A DNA stretch of 64,000 nucleotides, taken from Adineta vaga. Its lineage: Eukaryota > Animalia > Rotifera. A model generated the notes under the pieces. The model was not told the DNA's origin, ran no database searches, and saw nothing but the letters and a program-made list of their open reading frames with translations. Below are positions 1 to 14,310 of this stretch, piece after piece. Position numbers and translations under genes: made by a program. The stretch covers positions 4,836,001-4,900,000 of the forward strand of contig CP075494.1 of assembly GCA_021613535.1 (NCBI GenBank), given 5' to 3'. Within the stretch, counting starts at the first letter, position 1; each line of letters begins with the position of its first letter.

Positions 1-1996
1 TAATCATTTTCGTTGGAATATTAAGACTATTCAATGCTCGTTCTAATATAAAATTTTCCGATGCAGCGACACGAATATCATTCGAAGGCACGATAATAAG
101 TGTCGGTGTGCGAACTTTATTCATACGAAATATTGCAGCTTCTCCTTGATACAAATGAGGCACTTGCCATGGAAAACCACCGAACATATAAACACTAGTC
201 AAAGGTATATCAGTTAATCCCCAATCGGCAACATGTTCAGATGCACCAGCACCGGAAAGTGCAGCATTAAATCGAGTTGTTTCTGTAATGATCCAATTTG
301 TTAAATAAGCACCGTAACTATAACCACCGATGGTCAACCGTTTCGAATCGACAATTTCATCTTGAATTAAAGCATCTACACCATAAAGAATATCTTTTGC
401 TGGTTTTGAAACAATCTGAAATCGTACGCCTTGTAAGAATCCATCACCATATCCTAAATATCACGAGAGAATTATCGAATACGAAATGTATAAAACAATA
501 TCTGACTGACCTGTTGAACCACGATAGTTTGGTTGAAAAACAAGCCATCCTTCTGTAGCCATAATTGGTGCTAAGTAATACCAATCAGGACGAAAACTAT
601 TTACATCTGCATCATTTGGACCACCATGAATAAGTACAAATAAGGGTAAATTTTTCTCTTCAAATTTATCGGGTGGATATACAAGAATTCCTTCGATTTC
701 GGTTTGATCATCTTTATTTGTCCATCGATAAGCTTTACCCTTTGGAAGATTTCGTTCAGTAAATAATTTATTTTCATAAGTCAATTGTTGTGCTGTATTT
801 AGCTGATCAATCTGATCGATAAAATAGACTTCTTGAGGTTTTTCAAAAGATGAATGAATAAAAGCAACCGTTGAACTTTTCCCACTCGAAGACGTAACAA
901 TGTTTTCATAAGTTCCATTCCAACCATTCAGTCGATTTAATTCGGTATTCGCTAATCGTTGTGTATAAATTTGAACTTCTGTGCTCAGTTGACCTGAGAA
1001 AGCAACACCTTCCTGTCCACCTTGTAATAGAATGTAATTTGTAATTGCTCCGTTAAATTGATGAGCCCAACGTTCAATTTGACGCGTATTTGGATTGATC
1101 TTATATAATCGTCCTTGTGTATCTTCATACTTACCTTCAATAGATCCTGCTGCACTCACCATAAAAAATATCGATCCATCGTTTGCCCATTTTAAATTTC
1201 GTTCCACTGCTGAATTATTCGTCAATCTTACTGGTATCAGTGGTAATGGTTTTGTCAAATCGAGAGAATAAAGTTCGTAATCTGATATAAATTCCATATT
1301 TGATGATGCCGGTGCAGTTGAATATACTAACTGTTTTCCATCAGGTGAACAAATTATTTCATTGATACTGTATGTGATATTGATCAACGATTCTATTTTG
1401 ACTATTGTCATATTTTCAATATCAACTCGAAAAATTGTATCACCTCGATCTTGTTCACGATGTTCTATCACATCTTTCCATTCATTTTCATATTCGAATT
1501 GAACATCTTTCGACCGGGATGTTCAAGTTGCAAAATAAATACTCATTGATGTTGTTGACCATGTAAACGTATGAAGAATTTCTGTACCAATAGAAAGAGG
1601 TATCATTTGATTTGTACGAATTGAATAAAGATGAATATATTGTTCAATATCCGAAAATTTCATTTTTCGACTTCGTTCTGTAGAATTATCAACGAGTATC
1701 AAAGCAATAAAATCACCTTTCCATTGTGGTGGAAAACTACTTGCTTGTTTAGTTATTAATATTCGAGTATTATTTCTTAAAGTCTGTAAATAAAGATGTT
1801 TTTCATTGATATTTTGATCCCATACACGATGTATTGTTTGAATAAGAATCGATTGTTCATCATTCGGTGAAAGAGTTAAAGATGAAAAATATGTATAATT
1901 AAAAAATTCATCGAATGTTACTTTTGATAGAGATAAGACACTCTCATTATTCAGCCAAATACATAATAAAAGAATGAGATAAACTTTAGTAGCCAT
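1..1996 (-). pseudogene. Secreted S9-family (acylaminoacyl/prolyl oligopeptidase-like) serine peptidase with one in-frame TGA; 3' end runs off the window
   Basis: Signal-peptide-like N-terminus, beta-propeller-like region, IHGGP and PNYRGSTG. After a GT-AG intron (454-510) it continues YGDGFL...IGGYSYGAYLTNW (GxSxG nucleophile) and RTPTLII. ORFs 1523-1996 and 461-1471 are in the same frame, separated by TGA at 1523-1525 and an open 17-codon stretch. Confidence 0.8.
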
Positions 1997-2506
1997 AGAT
2001 GATGTCTATATAGGATATGAATTGTATTCAATCTGTTATTTATACATATTCATACATAAATGTTAAGATTTATTCTTTGTACTCAATCTGATAAAGCTCA
2101 TTGTGTCAAAAAATATGATGACAAAGGTCTAATATTCATATGTAATACAAGAAGATTCTTTTGTATTTGAATGTGGATTAAAGAAAAAGAATAGAAGAAA
2201 TTCAACGATTCTTTTATATAATCGAATGACATATAGTTTTTGTTGATTTTATTTGTGAGTCATTTATATTCTGATAAAGAATAAACACACTGTAACAAAT
2301 GATAAAAATCACGAGAAGATTTTTTGCAAAAAAATCTCGTTAGATATTATTTGATATTTGATCATGCTCTTATCTAAAACAAATATTTAATGAAAGACAA
2401 AAGAAGAACAAATTATTGACTCATTTACTTTTATCATTGTTCTATTTTGAGTATAAAACTAAGAATTTTGCACGGGATTTCATCGTGAAACTTTAGTAAA
2501 AACAGA

Positions 2507-3262
2507 ATGATTGGCATTCCAGTTAATCCAAATTCAGTTCATGTTTCCATGATTCAAAGTAAGGCATCGATATGGTTTGAATTCATTTTTTTTCAACTGA
2601 ATATCATATAGCTGGATGTACAACGGGAGAATTTGATTCAACTTATCCTGTTCATCTGAATGGAATTATAAGTCAAACAGAATATCAAGAATCTATTCAT
2701 AAAATAAATCAAGCTATTCATTCAAATAAGAAATATTTTACTGCTATGTGGGTTTTTTTTACTTTGACAATGGTTATGGGAACAATTTGTTTTCTTGTTT
2801 CTGGATTAACAGCAAGAGAGTATATTAGATCGTCATTTTTTATCTTGCTTGGTCTTGGAGTGTTCTTCACAAGTATTGGTTCAGCAGTGGTTGGTATCGG
2901 TGCTTGTGTGCTTACCACACGACGACAAGCACATCTACGACAAGCAGTTGCCGAAGAATCAATGAAATATTCTTCAAGATCACCAATACCATGTAGCTGG
3001 AGATTAGATACTTCACGAAATTTACCTGGCTTCTATACAAATCAAAATAATTACAATTTAGCTTATAATGTAAGTACATCCTTTCTTCTGTTCATCATCT
3101 TGAGATTATTGTATTTATTTCTAGTTAATTATTGATATTGGTCGTTCTACTTCGATGGCAACTAATTTTCACGGATCATATTCAAATAAAGTTGCACCTG
3201 CACCAGCATCTATCTATGAACAACAATACAATCCTTCACCTCCATCTTATTCGTTTCAATAG
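2507..3262 (+). CDS. Small two-TM membrane protein with Golgin-A7/Erf4-like N-terminal segment and PPxY motif (paralog 1; zinc ribbon disrupted)
   Basis: Three exons: MIGIPVNPNSVHVSMIQ / GEFDSTYPVHLNGIISQTEYQESIHKINQAI, two hydrophobic helices / SPPSYSFQ then TAG at 3260-3262. Clearly paralogous to 20117-20976. Confidence 0.7.
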
Positions 3263-3447
3263 TTAGAAGTCTGCTCAAAAATGTAATATTCCACGATCAA
3301 ATCTTTCCACTAATTTTTGTTCAGCATGTGCACTTCGATTTAATAAATAATCAGTCTATTTTTAAATAATTAGAATATATCTTTCAATACAAAGAAACAA
3401 TTAAAATTTTATTTTCGAAATTAAAATATATACAATAACGTTAATAA

Positions 3448-5299
3448 TCATTTCCATCGTACATATAAATAAATCTCCTTACAATTTCGTTCAATTGTAC
3501 AATTAAGAAATAAGCGTTCATCAGAAATTACTTTTTATAAATCATTTATCATTGCATTATCAATGGTCGGTAAACAAAAGCAGAATAATCGAAAACGAAA
3601 ATCAAGTTTGATGTAAATCATCGATAGAATATGTTGAATAAACGTTTTAATATTGATCTGATTCATATCATCTATTTTAATATATTTCAAACGAGGAAAA
3701 AATTTCATAAGAAAATGAATTTCTCTCATATTTGTTATCTTCATCAAATTCAATTTGGTTATTGGATTTGACTTGGATTCTGAATGATAAATTAATAAAT
3801 CTTGATTGGATATATAACCATTTTCTTCTAAGGATAACGAATGAATTCTTAATGAATCAAGTTCTTTGAATGAAGATAAAATTTCACTTAATTCAAAAAT
3901 AGTAACTTTTTCTACAATTTCCAAATGATAAATATTTGTTATACTTAAAACATGATCAATATTTTCTAGTAATACATCAAAATCATCATATGCGACAATC
4001 AATCGCGTCGCTTTTGAAAGCTTGTTGAAAGATTTACTCATTTTCTTTTGTCCATCATCATACCATCTCTTTCTAAATGAATTAATCAATCAATAGGAAA
4101 GAAAATATAATTCGAAGGAATCTACTTAGGTGACTGAATTGCGTATGTAATTAAATGATAATCAATATTGACATCAAGTATCCAATTTCGTTCAATCCAA
4201 AATGGTGAAATGAATTGATTACGCATGTTAAAATACGCAGAATCTTGACAATAATTTCGAAAGGCTATAGAATAATTCAAATGAAAATCTTCTAATCTAG
4301 GTAAATATTGAACAATTAATTGTTCCCATCGATTACTATCGAGATAGGTAATATCATAAGATAAACTTGAAAGACGTATATATGTTAATGAACAATTAAT
4401 TTTACTAATGAACATTTCAAATTCATTAAATGTTACATAATAAACATATAGAATAAGATGTGTTAAATTTGATAATGTTATTGATGAAGTAATGTTGATA
4501 TGCTCATGAATATTAGTTGTATAAACACAATTGAGATGACAAAGTTGAGGTGTATAAGAAGTTAATCGAGAAAGATCTTGAAAAGTACAATCATGACCAA
4601 TATCAAGATGTTCAATAGTACTCAATTGTTTATTGTTGATTGGTATTAATGAAATACTATTTTGATCACCATGAGAAATGAATTTGTTGTATTTTAACTT
4701 GGGCAAATCGAATATTAATCGATAGATTTCATTGAGATTAGTATATGTATTCCATCCTTCGATAATCAATGAAAATAAACGAGGTAAACAAACTAGATTA
4801 ATAAGGATTGGAATAAGTACATTTGATTCGATTTGTACCATGTGTAGTGATTCAAGATGATCGAATGATGAATTAATAGTTAGTTCTGGAAATAATAGAT
4901 CAGTATATATTGGTTTTAATAAACAAAGTGAATAGATTTGATGTTTATTTATATGTTGAAACTGTTTGTAATTATTTATACATGTTTCATTCGATTCCGA
5001 AAGATAAAGTTGAATTTTAAATAGAAGTGATGAAGAATTGATTAGTTTATTGAAACGAGTATTAAGATTTGTAAAAGCATTGCGAATATCAATACCATCA
5101 AGATAATCAAATATTTCATAGAATAATTCATTAGGAAAGTTTTCGATAGAAATTATGGATAGTCTTTCATCCAATGTAACTAAATAAATATATGAAAAAA
5201 AACAAGATAACAACTAGCAGGTTCAATCTTACTTCGAAATCGTTTTGTTCCTCCATCAAAGAAATTCGATGGTCGTTTATTCTTATCCATTGTATGCAT
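3448..5299 (-). CDS. F-box/LRR-like protein with a probable premature TAA near the C-terminus
   Basis: F-box-like IENFPNELFYEIFDYLD and LRR-like LxxLxL repeats over three exons. After TAA at 3535-3537 the frame stays open (KVISDERLFLNCTIERNCKEIYLYVRWK) to TGA at 3448-3450. Confidence 0.75.
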
Positions 5300-5742
5300 T
5301 TCTTTGGACTATTTAGTTTGATCTATACTGTTAACTATTATATATATATGTACAAATTTGTTTAGATTGGTTAGTTTTTCTTAACGAAAGAGAATGAACG
5401 ATGGTAGCATAACATTTGAATTCTTTTACTTTTTCACGAGAAATATAACTTCGATGAATCATTCTTCATTTCTGTCGTAGTAAACGCAAAATATTTCAAA
5501 ATCAATATTACACTATACATGCAAAATGAGAATATGTTCTTTTGTGAATAAATGTATAAAGCACAAATATCTATTGATGTAAAAATAAAATGGTAGGATG
5601 ACTCATTACATACAGAATAGAAAAGAAAATAGTTCTTCTTTCTTCAAAACATGTGAGAGAAAGAGCGGTTATTACACAAGTTAAAAGTAATGCATATACA
5701 TTCTATGATAGTAGATCATGCAAGTTTTTCGTCTAATAATAA

Positions 5743-8700
5743 ATGACGACAGATTCGAACGTTTTTATAAAACCAAGTTTTTGGGAATGTGATAGTTGTC
5801 AACGTATTCTTAAACATGGTGAATTTCGTTTTAATTGCACTGTTTGTCCTGATTATGATCAATGTGAAACCTGTGCAACATCTAAACAATCGATTCATCC
5901 TCATCGATTAGTTCGTGAAGTTGCGTATGGTTATGTCGAGCAAGTAGAATGCACTCGGGAAGATTTGTCTTCGCGAATTCAAACTGCAATTACAACTTAT
6001 CAGGATCGTTTTTGTATGGGTGTCCGAGATATTGATTCAAATAATCCAGGAAACTATGTAGATTCATATTCATGGCAAACATTTAAAACAATCGGTGAAC
6101 GAATAATAAATTTCAGTCATGGATTACGACGTTTGATGAAACCACGTGATTTTCTTGCTATTTGTGCAGCTAATCGACCTGAATGGTTAATCACGGATTT
6201 TGCATCTATTCTACAGAGTTTTATTACTGTACCTATCTATTGTCTTTTCAATGATCGTGAAGTTGCCTTTATTATCAGAAATACACCTATATCTATTGTC
6301 GTTTGCGATAGAGATATGTTACCAAAATTTATTCGCATACATTCCGAATGTCCTACATTACGACACATCATATGCATGGATCCAATCGTTGAGCCCATCT
6401 CAAGTAAGTTAAAAAAAATGACTAATTATTCGAAGAGAAACTTTTGAAATCAATTTTAGAAATAGATGGTTTGTCTATTCATGATATGAGTACTATTGAA
6501 AGATATGGTTCAATGAAACGATATGAATATGTTCTTATTAAACCTGATGACTGTATTACTATTATATATACTAGTGGTAGCTCAGGATTCCCCAAAGGAG
6601 CTATGATCTCGGAGAGTTCATATAGAAGCAATTTTCCACCGTTAAATTTATCATTTCGAGATGAACATGTTAAATTGTGTTATCGACCATTAGCTTGGGC
6701 AACCGATCGGCAAGGTTCAATTGCAGTATTTCTCGGTGGAGGACGTATTGGATTTTCAACAGGTGATGTCAATCGTCTTATGGAAGAATTACTTTTAGTC
6801 AGACCAACAAGTTTCTCCGGTCCACCAACGATTTGGAATAAAATCTATTCGGAATATAAAGCAACTCTTTCATTAATAACAACAGATCAATCAATCAATG
6901 AAGTAGAAAAGAGTGAAGAAATACTTTTAAAACAATTTGCAAAATTAATTCCAAATCGATGTAAAATCCTTTCGATTGGTGGTGCTATGGTTAGTCCGAA
7001 TGTTTTCAATTTTATGAAACGCTGCTTTCCACAATGTCACATTATGGAATCTTACGGAACTACCGAATGTGGAAGTATAACTTTCGATAATCTTCTTGAA
7101 AATGCTATCGAATATCGTTTGGAATCAGTCATCGAAATGGGTTACACACTTGAAGATAAACCATTTCCACGAGGAGAATTATTAGTTAAAACACAGAAAA
7201 TGTTTTTAGGATATATTAATAATCCTGAAGAAACCAAAGCGGCATTTACTGATGATGGATTTTTTCGTACTGGAGATATCGTTGAATTACGTCCTGTAGA
7301 TGATGGTCAACCTACAATACGTGTTATTGATCGAAAGAAAAATTTTTTCAAGCTTTCACAAGGACAATTTGTATCACCGGAATTTCTCGAAGATATCTAT
7401 CGACAAAGTCCATTCGTTGAGCAAATCTATGTACATGGTAATCTTCTTGAGGATTCTGTTGTAGCAGTGATCGTACCAAACAAAGAATATGCTCGAGCAT
7501 TTGCGAACAAACATAATCTAAATGATTTCAATACTAATGAAGCAGAGAAATTATTATACAATGCGATTATGCAAGATTTACGATCATTAGCAAAGAAAGA
7601 ATCACTTCGAAAACATGAAATTCCATGTAGATTTATTATTAGCTTTGAACCATTTACATCTGAAAATGGTTTACTTACATCTTCAATGAAACTTTGTCGA
7701 TATCGATTAGCTGCTCATTTCAATGATCAATTGAAAACTAATGAATCAGTCGAAAATCGACTAAAGAATCTGATTGAAAAAGCCACCGGAAAGGAATTAA
7801 TCGTAGATTCATCAACAAATTTTATTTCTATTGGTGGTGATTCATTGGCTGCTGTACGTCTTTCTCGTATGATACACGAAAACTTGGGAGTATCGATTCC
7901 ATTGAATTTTCTTTTTGATTCTAATATGACTTTGGAAAGTTTAGCCGATATAGTAAAGAATCCATCTCAAATCTCAGCAATATCCGATTCCATCGTACCA
8001 CAACTATTACATGATGCTGAAGAAGAACTCAACGTACAGATTGGTGAAAAGAAAAGTACAGTTGATTCCCCCTCGGTTATTTTTATTACAGGAACAACTG
8101 GTTTCATTGGAGCTTTCTTATTAAACGAACTATTGAAAGTATATCCTTCTGATTGTAAATTTGTCTGTTTAGTACGATGTGAAGAATCTGTATCATCATT
8201 CGATCGTATTCGAGAAAATATGGTATTTCTCAAATTGTGGAAGGAAGAATTACGAGATCGTATTGTTGCATTGCGTGGTGATCTTGCTCAAGAATGCTTT
8301 GGACTTGATGGTGAAACGTATTGCAAATGGGCAAGTCAAACAGATATAATTTTTCATTGTGGTGCGATAGTTAATTTTATATTACCTTATAACAAACTCT
8401 ATCGTTCCAATGTTTGCGGAACGCGTGAAATAATTCGCTTTGCAACTTATAATACTGCAACATGTATTCCCGTACATTACATATCGACAATGAGTGTACT
8501 GCCTTCGACGACACTGTACAATGAAGTGCCTATCGATGAAATCTCACCAAATCATTTGAAAAGCGGTTATTCACAAAGTAAATGGGTAGCAGAGAAACTT
8601 ATTGATAAAGCCATTCGTCTCGGTCTACCAGTGACAATCTATCGACTTGGATCAATGTGGGGTGATACTGAAACTGGTGCTTGTAATCAACATGATATTC

Positions 8701-9158
8701 ACACATTATTACTCGGAGCAATCATAAAAACTAGTTGCTATCCAAAAACAGTTACCAATACAAAACTAAATGGTTTACCCGCAAATTTAGCAGCTCAAAG
8801 TATTGTTTCATTGAGTCGTAATCAATCGAATGGTTATGGTAAAATCTATCCTATTGTTCCATCAGGTAATGGAATATCATTTCAGACTATCATCGAAAGT
8901 ATGCAAGAGTGTGGTATGACACTTAGCGATGTTTCATACGATGAATGGAAAATGAAATTAATGGAACAATCAACAAAAAAACAATCTTATGAATCGATCG
9001 CCGAATTTTTTGCCGACAATCCATTCGAACGAAAAGCATTTCAAAATTCAGCGATCGATCATGTTTACGTTGTGAAATGGCTGCAGTTTATATCAAGTCA
9101 TATTGTTCATGGAATTTCTCAAGACTTAACTAATAAGACCGCCAACGACAACCAATAG
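5743..9158 (+). CDS. ZZ zinc finger fused to a carboxylic acid reductase-like NRPS module (A-T-R)
   Basis: One intron (6404-6459) joins the 234-aa and 904-aa ORFs in frame. ZZ: CDSC...CTVCPDYDQCETC...HPH. A domain: YTSGSSGFPKG, YGTTE, FRTGD, DRKKNFFKLSQGQFV. T domain: GGDSL. R domain: TGTTGFIG, GYSQSKWVAE. Confidence 0.92.
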
Positions 9159-9316
9159 AGAGAAGGATTAAATTAGAGCTCTTTTCTTTTGAACATCTTT
9201 ACATGTTTTCGTCTGTGTCATCTATTGAATTGAAAACTCTTTGTTTCCTCCGAAATATTATTTTAAAATAAAAATCATGTCTCAATATCTTCAAAATCTC
9301 GTCAGTAATCAGGCAC

Positions 9317-11161
9317 CTATATTGTTGTTGTTGTTATATGATTGGTTATCAGTGAACACTCTTTCCGTCGTTGATTAAAATAAACAGCATTTGAAATCAG
9401 ATAAACAGTAATTGATAATAATACGCAAATAATCAAAAGTACAGGGAAATATTTCCAATCATGATCAATTACAATACCTGAATCATTTTAAAACTATACT
9501 TTCTTTTTTTTCCATATATTCACAAACAATCTATTTACCTGCCAGATTTTCAAAGATGATAGATCCGAGTGATGATGCACAAAGAAGTAGAGCAAGAAAT
9601 ACAGGTGTTATGTTCAATCGTTGATTGATTAGACCCAACGATAAAGGAAATAATGGAGCAAAGATTAATCCAGTAATTGCACTAAGAAGATTTAAAGTTG
9701 TTAAAGTCAAATCGGTAGTCCAAATCAAAAGAAGCCATCCGAGAGCTGAGCATAATCCACCAAACCAAATAATATTCATACAATTATAAACAGAGAACAT
9801 TAAAGATACAATTGCTACAATTAATCGACCAATCTACATAAAAGGATAATAATAAAAATAGAGCTCTCTCTCCTGTGTGCTAATTAATCGATCTGTGGTA
9901 CATACCGAAAATGAAAGCCAATATAAAATAGTGCCTAAATTTGCAGTCTTATTTGTGATATGAGATTGTTCAGATCTGAGGTACGTAAATAAGAATTTAG
10001 AAAAAATGTGTTCGTCTGCCGCGATAAAGAATTTATAAGATAGAAATATTATTGATAGAAATAAACCATATCGGTAATTTCCCCAACCAAACGTACCAGG
10101 AGAATATGATAAAACTACATGTTGATCTTCGAAATGATTCGTATTTTCTGCATTTGTTCTCAACGTGCAGTGATCAATCTAAATATTTATTGAAATTTCT
10201 TATTTTTTTAAGTAAATAACCAATTGTCTATCAAACTTTTAATCTTTGTCTTTGATTTTTGCAATCTCGAATATAAAAGATGACATGTCCAGCAGCAATT
10301 AAAACACATAAACTTGTCGTAATGAAATACAGAATGGCAAGATTGGAATTTTCATTTATTTTAACAATTCTTGTATGGTCTGTAATACTGATTGATGAAG
10401 GTTTTTCAATAAGAAATGGTCGAGCGAACAAATTGACAAATATAGCACCGATTCCATATCCAAATTGAACAATACTTATTGGAGTTGCTGCGTGTTCACC
10501 CCAAATACTCAATAGAATATTAAGTCCAGCTAGTCAAAAATAAATCAATATCATTGAAATTTTAAGAAAATTTTCTTATTATTACCTAAATCAGTAAGTC
10601 CTTGCGAAGCTCCTTGAAAGAAAAACAAAATACACATTAATACCAATGATGTTACAAATGGTGTAGCACAAACCACTAAAATCACACAAAATCCGAGTTT
10701 ATCTTTCTACATGATGCATTCATTTTACTTATAGCTGATATGATAAATGAAAGAATCAAAAGACCTTCAGGATATTTGTCCACAGTATTTGGTATAATAA
10801 GACCGAGCATATTAGCAATTAAATAGCCGAAGTTTCTTAATGCGAGTGCAGATACAATATCACCGTATCCGATTTTAGTATGTTCAGCCAGTCTTGGTGA
10901 TGTTGCATTAATCAATTCAAGATGCAAACCCTTTAATAATACAAAAACATTATTATTCATAGTTTATTCAATTAATACACGTTCATGAGTAGATTTAGGA
11001 TACTTGTACAATTTTATAGGACTATGATGAGTTTTCTTACGTATGAGACATACCATAATAATCCAGGTTAAAAGAAGAAATCCCGTTTGCATTAGATTCC
11101 ATTGATACTTTAAATAAATTCTTATTCCTGGTGGTGACTGTTCAATTAATTTCATTATCAT
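9317..11161 (-). CDS. MFS transporter, MFSD4/fucose-permease-like (copy 1)
   Basis: Multi-exon hydrophobic ORFs with GLHLELI, QFGYGIGAI and GLIFAPLFP; colinear with the adjacent paralog. Confidence 0.8.
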
Positions 11162-11542
11162 TTAGTTTATTATCAAAACATCATTTAATACTAACTAATC
11201 CATGTGCATTTATATTGTACATTAAAAAACTTGATACGATAGGTAAAGAAAGGAGAATATAATTACTAGACACGAAAGTATTGTGTCTATGAATAGACAT
11301 TACTTTTTCTTTGTTCTATCTCTTCGCGATAAGAACAGTCATTACAAGTCATGAGGTTGATTCTTATTCATATTATTATGACTGGATGTCATCGTACAAA
11401 TATCTGCATTTCATTTTCGGATGTATCACAATAGTTGTTATTATTACAGATTTATATTTGAACATTCATTGCACTTACAACGCTCTAGTTTGCATGTGAG
11501 TACTGAGTGCATTTCAAACATTATCACTAATCTATGAGTCAT

Positions 11543-13284
11543 TTATTGTTGTTCATCTTCATTAAAAACTTCAAGAGGCAAAACTACACCATGAATTAAC
11601 GAAGAACGATTTTTTCGTTGATAAAAATAAGAAATAGCATTTGAAATAATATAAAGAACGATTGATATTAATATACAAACAATTAAAAGTGTTGGAAAAT
11701 GATTTGGATTCTTATCCATGATAATACCTAAAATATCTCGAAAATATTTTCTCTTTAAAATAAACATACAAAACACTTTTACCGGCTAGTTTTTGAAATG
11801 CAATAGCACCAAGTCCTGCTCCACAAAGAAGTAAAGCAAGAAGTACGGGTACGACATTTAATCGTTGATTAATTAAACTTAATGATAAAGGAAATAATGG
11901 TGCAAAAACAAAACCAGTTGCCGCACCAAGAATAAATAAAGTTGTACTTGTCAAACCAATTGTCCATACAACAATAAGCCAAGCAATTGCAAGGCATAAA
12001 CCTCCAAACCAAATAAAATTCAAACACATGTTAACAGAGAACCAAATCGATAGAATAGCTCCAATTAATCGACCAATCTAGATTTTGAAAAATAAAATTT
12101 TCTCAATATATCTTCACATCAATACGAATTTTGAAAAACTTACCGAATAGGAAAGCCAATAGAGAATAACATCCCGGCTTGCAACACTATTCGATAGATG
12201 AAATTGTTCTGATTTTAGATAAGAAAAAAAGAATCGAGAGAAAGTTTGATCATCTCCACTGACAAAAAATATATAACAAATAAATAGAATCGAAAGAATT
12301 AAACCATATTGAAAATCACCATTACCAAATGTACGAGGAGAATAGGGAGAAACAATTTCTCTTACAGTTTCACCATGATTATTAAGAGTATTATAATCAA
12401 ACTAAATTATTATGAAATTTTTCACACAAATTTTCTCTTTCATTTCTCATTACCTGTCCACCTTCGGTTTGTTCTCTTGGATTTCTTAATTTCCGAATGT
12501 AAAACAACGCATGTCCAATTGCAACTAAGAAACATAATGCAGCAGTAATAGAATATGGAATAATCATAGCAGTAATATTGATCGATGAACTTTTATCAAC
12601 AAGAAACGAACGAACAAGTAAATTGACTAATATAGCACCGATACCATATCCTAATTGGGTCATATTTAATGGAGCAGCTGCCTTGTCATTCCACATGGTT
12701 AATAAGATATTCATTCCACCTATATAAAAATTGAGATTATTTCATGTTTAATCGTTTTCTTAGAAAGTATTTAAACTATACCTAAATCGGTCAAACTTTG
12801 AGCAATTCCTTGAATAAAAAATAGAACATACATTAATATTAATGATGTAACAAATGGAGTTGCAAAAACCACTAAAATAATACAAAGAACTATGATTTCT
12901 CTTTTATACATAGAATGAACTTGTTACCAATGGCTGACAACATAAAAGCACATATCAAAAGTCCTTCGGAATATTTTTTTACAATATTTTGTAAAATAAC
13001 ACCAAAAATATTAGCAATTAAATAACCAGTAGCTCTAGCTGCTAATATTGAACCAATACCACTAAAATCGACTCGAATATTTGCAGCAATATTTGACATC
13101 GTTGGACCGATTAATTCGAGGTGAAAACCCTCGAAAAAAAAACGAATAGTTTATTTTATTACATGTAAAAACTTACTAATATGATCCATGTTACAACGAG
13201 AAATGCAGTTTGGATTAAATTCTGACGATGATTTATATAAAATCTGAATCCAGATAGAGATTGTTCGATCGGCGTTATTGACAT
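11543..13284 (-). CDS. MFS transporter, MFSD4/fucose-permease-like (copy 2)
   Basis: Exons with GFHLELIGPTM, ARATGYLIAN, QLGYGIGAI and GFVFAPLFP; tandem paralog of 9317-11161. Confidence 0.82.
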
Positions 13285-14310
13285 TTATTATGCGATTTTA
13301 TTATTCAAATAGCGAACAGATAAAACCTACAAAAATAAAAATTTCAGTTCAAAAAATATTTCTTCGCGAGTAAAAGAAAGCAATGACAAGTAATACACCA
13401 TGTGCGTTTGTGTCAAACAAAACAAAATTTAGTTGACAGAACAGAACGAGTAAAGAAAGGCAACACCATTATAGTCATGAACGATACACGGGTTTGTCAC
13501 CTTTTTTTTCTTTCCTTATTCATATTACAGAGGAGAAGAAATGATGACGGCCATCGTAGATGGAGCACACATGTCGAAGTTATTCCAAGTTAAGAATATT
13601 AATATAGTTCAGTCTATGAAACACAAATAAGTTAATTGATCAAATGATAAAGAAAAGAGTACAAACAGATAAATGAGATTCGTCTTCCTTCTGCATTCCT
13701 AATTCACTACTAAAGTTATACGTTGAAGCCTTAGATCTCAATGTGATAGGATTCAATCTGTTTTTAAAATACAAAATACTTTTTTATGATAAACAAACTA
13801 GTTATTACATGCATGGTTCTACTTTTCTCTTAATTATTCAACAACATCTGATGAATCGTACAATGTAAGAACGTGAATTCAAGATAATGTTCTAGAAAAT
13901 AGGAAGCTAACTCATATATTAGTATGTTTACGAATTTAAACGAAGCAATCCCCAACATTTACTATTCAAATAAATCTTATTTTAAATATATCATTGGCAA
14001 GAAATTCGACTCTCATTATTGCATGATGTACATACACTGGATAAGTCCCGATGTGATCCAGGTGAGGAAGTTCAGTTTAAAAATTGAGTAATTCAATTCT
14101 TTTCAAATAGAGACGACTATCAAGTCGGGGAAAGACCTGTGTCTATTCTTACAAATATTTGTGAGACTTTTATGACATATATATGTTGACGTTATGTGAA
14201 GATCGAATTACAACAAAAAGCAAACATATCAAAACCTATATATTGACAGACAAATTATGGCTGGAGATATTCGTCTTCGAACAAGTACGAGAAGAAAAAA
14301 AAACTACGCA

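Noticed and set aside
1523-1525. Selenocysteine or an alternative genetic code at the in-frame TGA
   Set aside because: The site is far from the catalytic domain, TGA ends other intact genes here (e.g. 39284, 61102), and any SECIS would lie outside the window.
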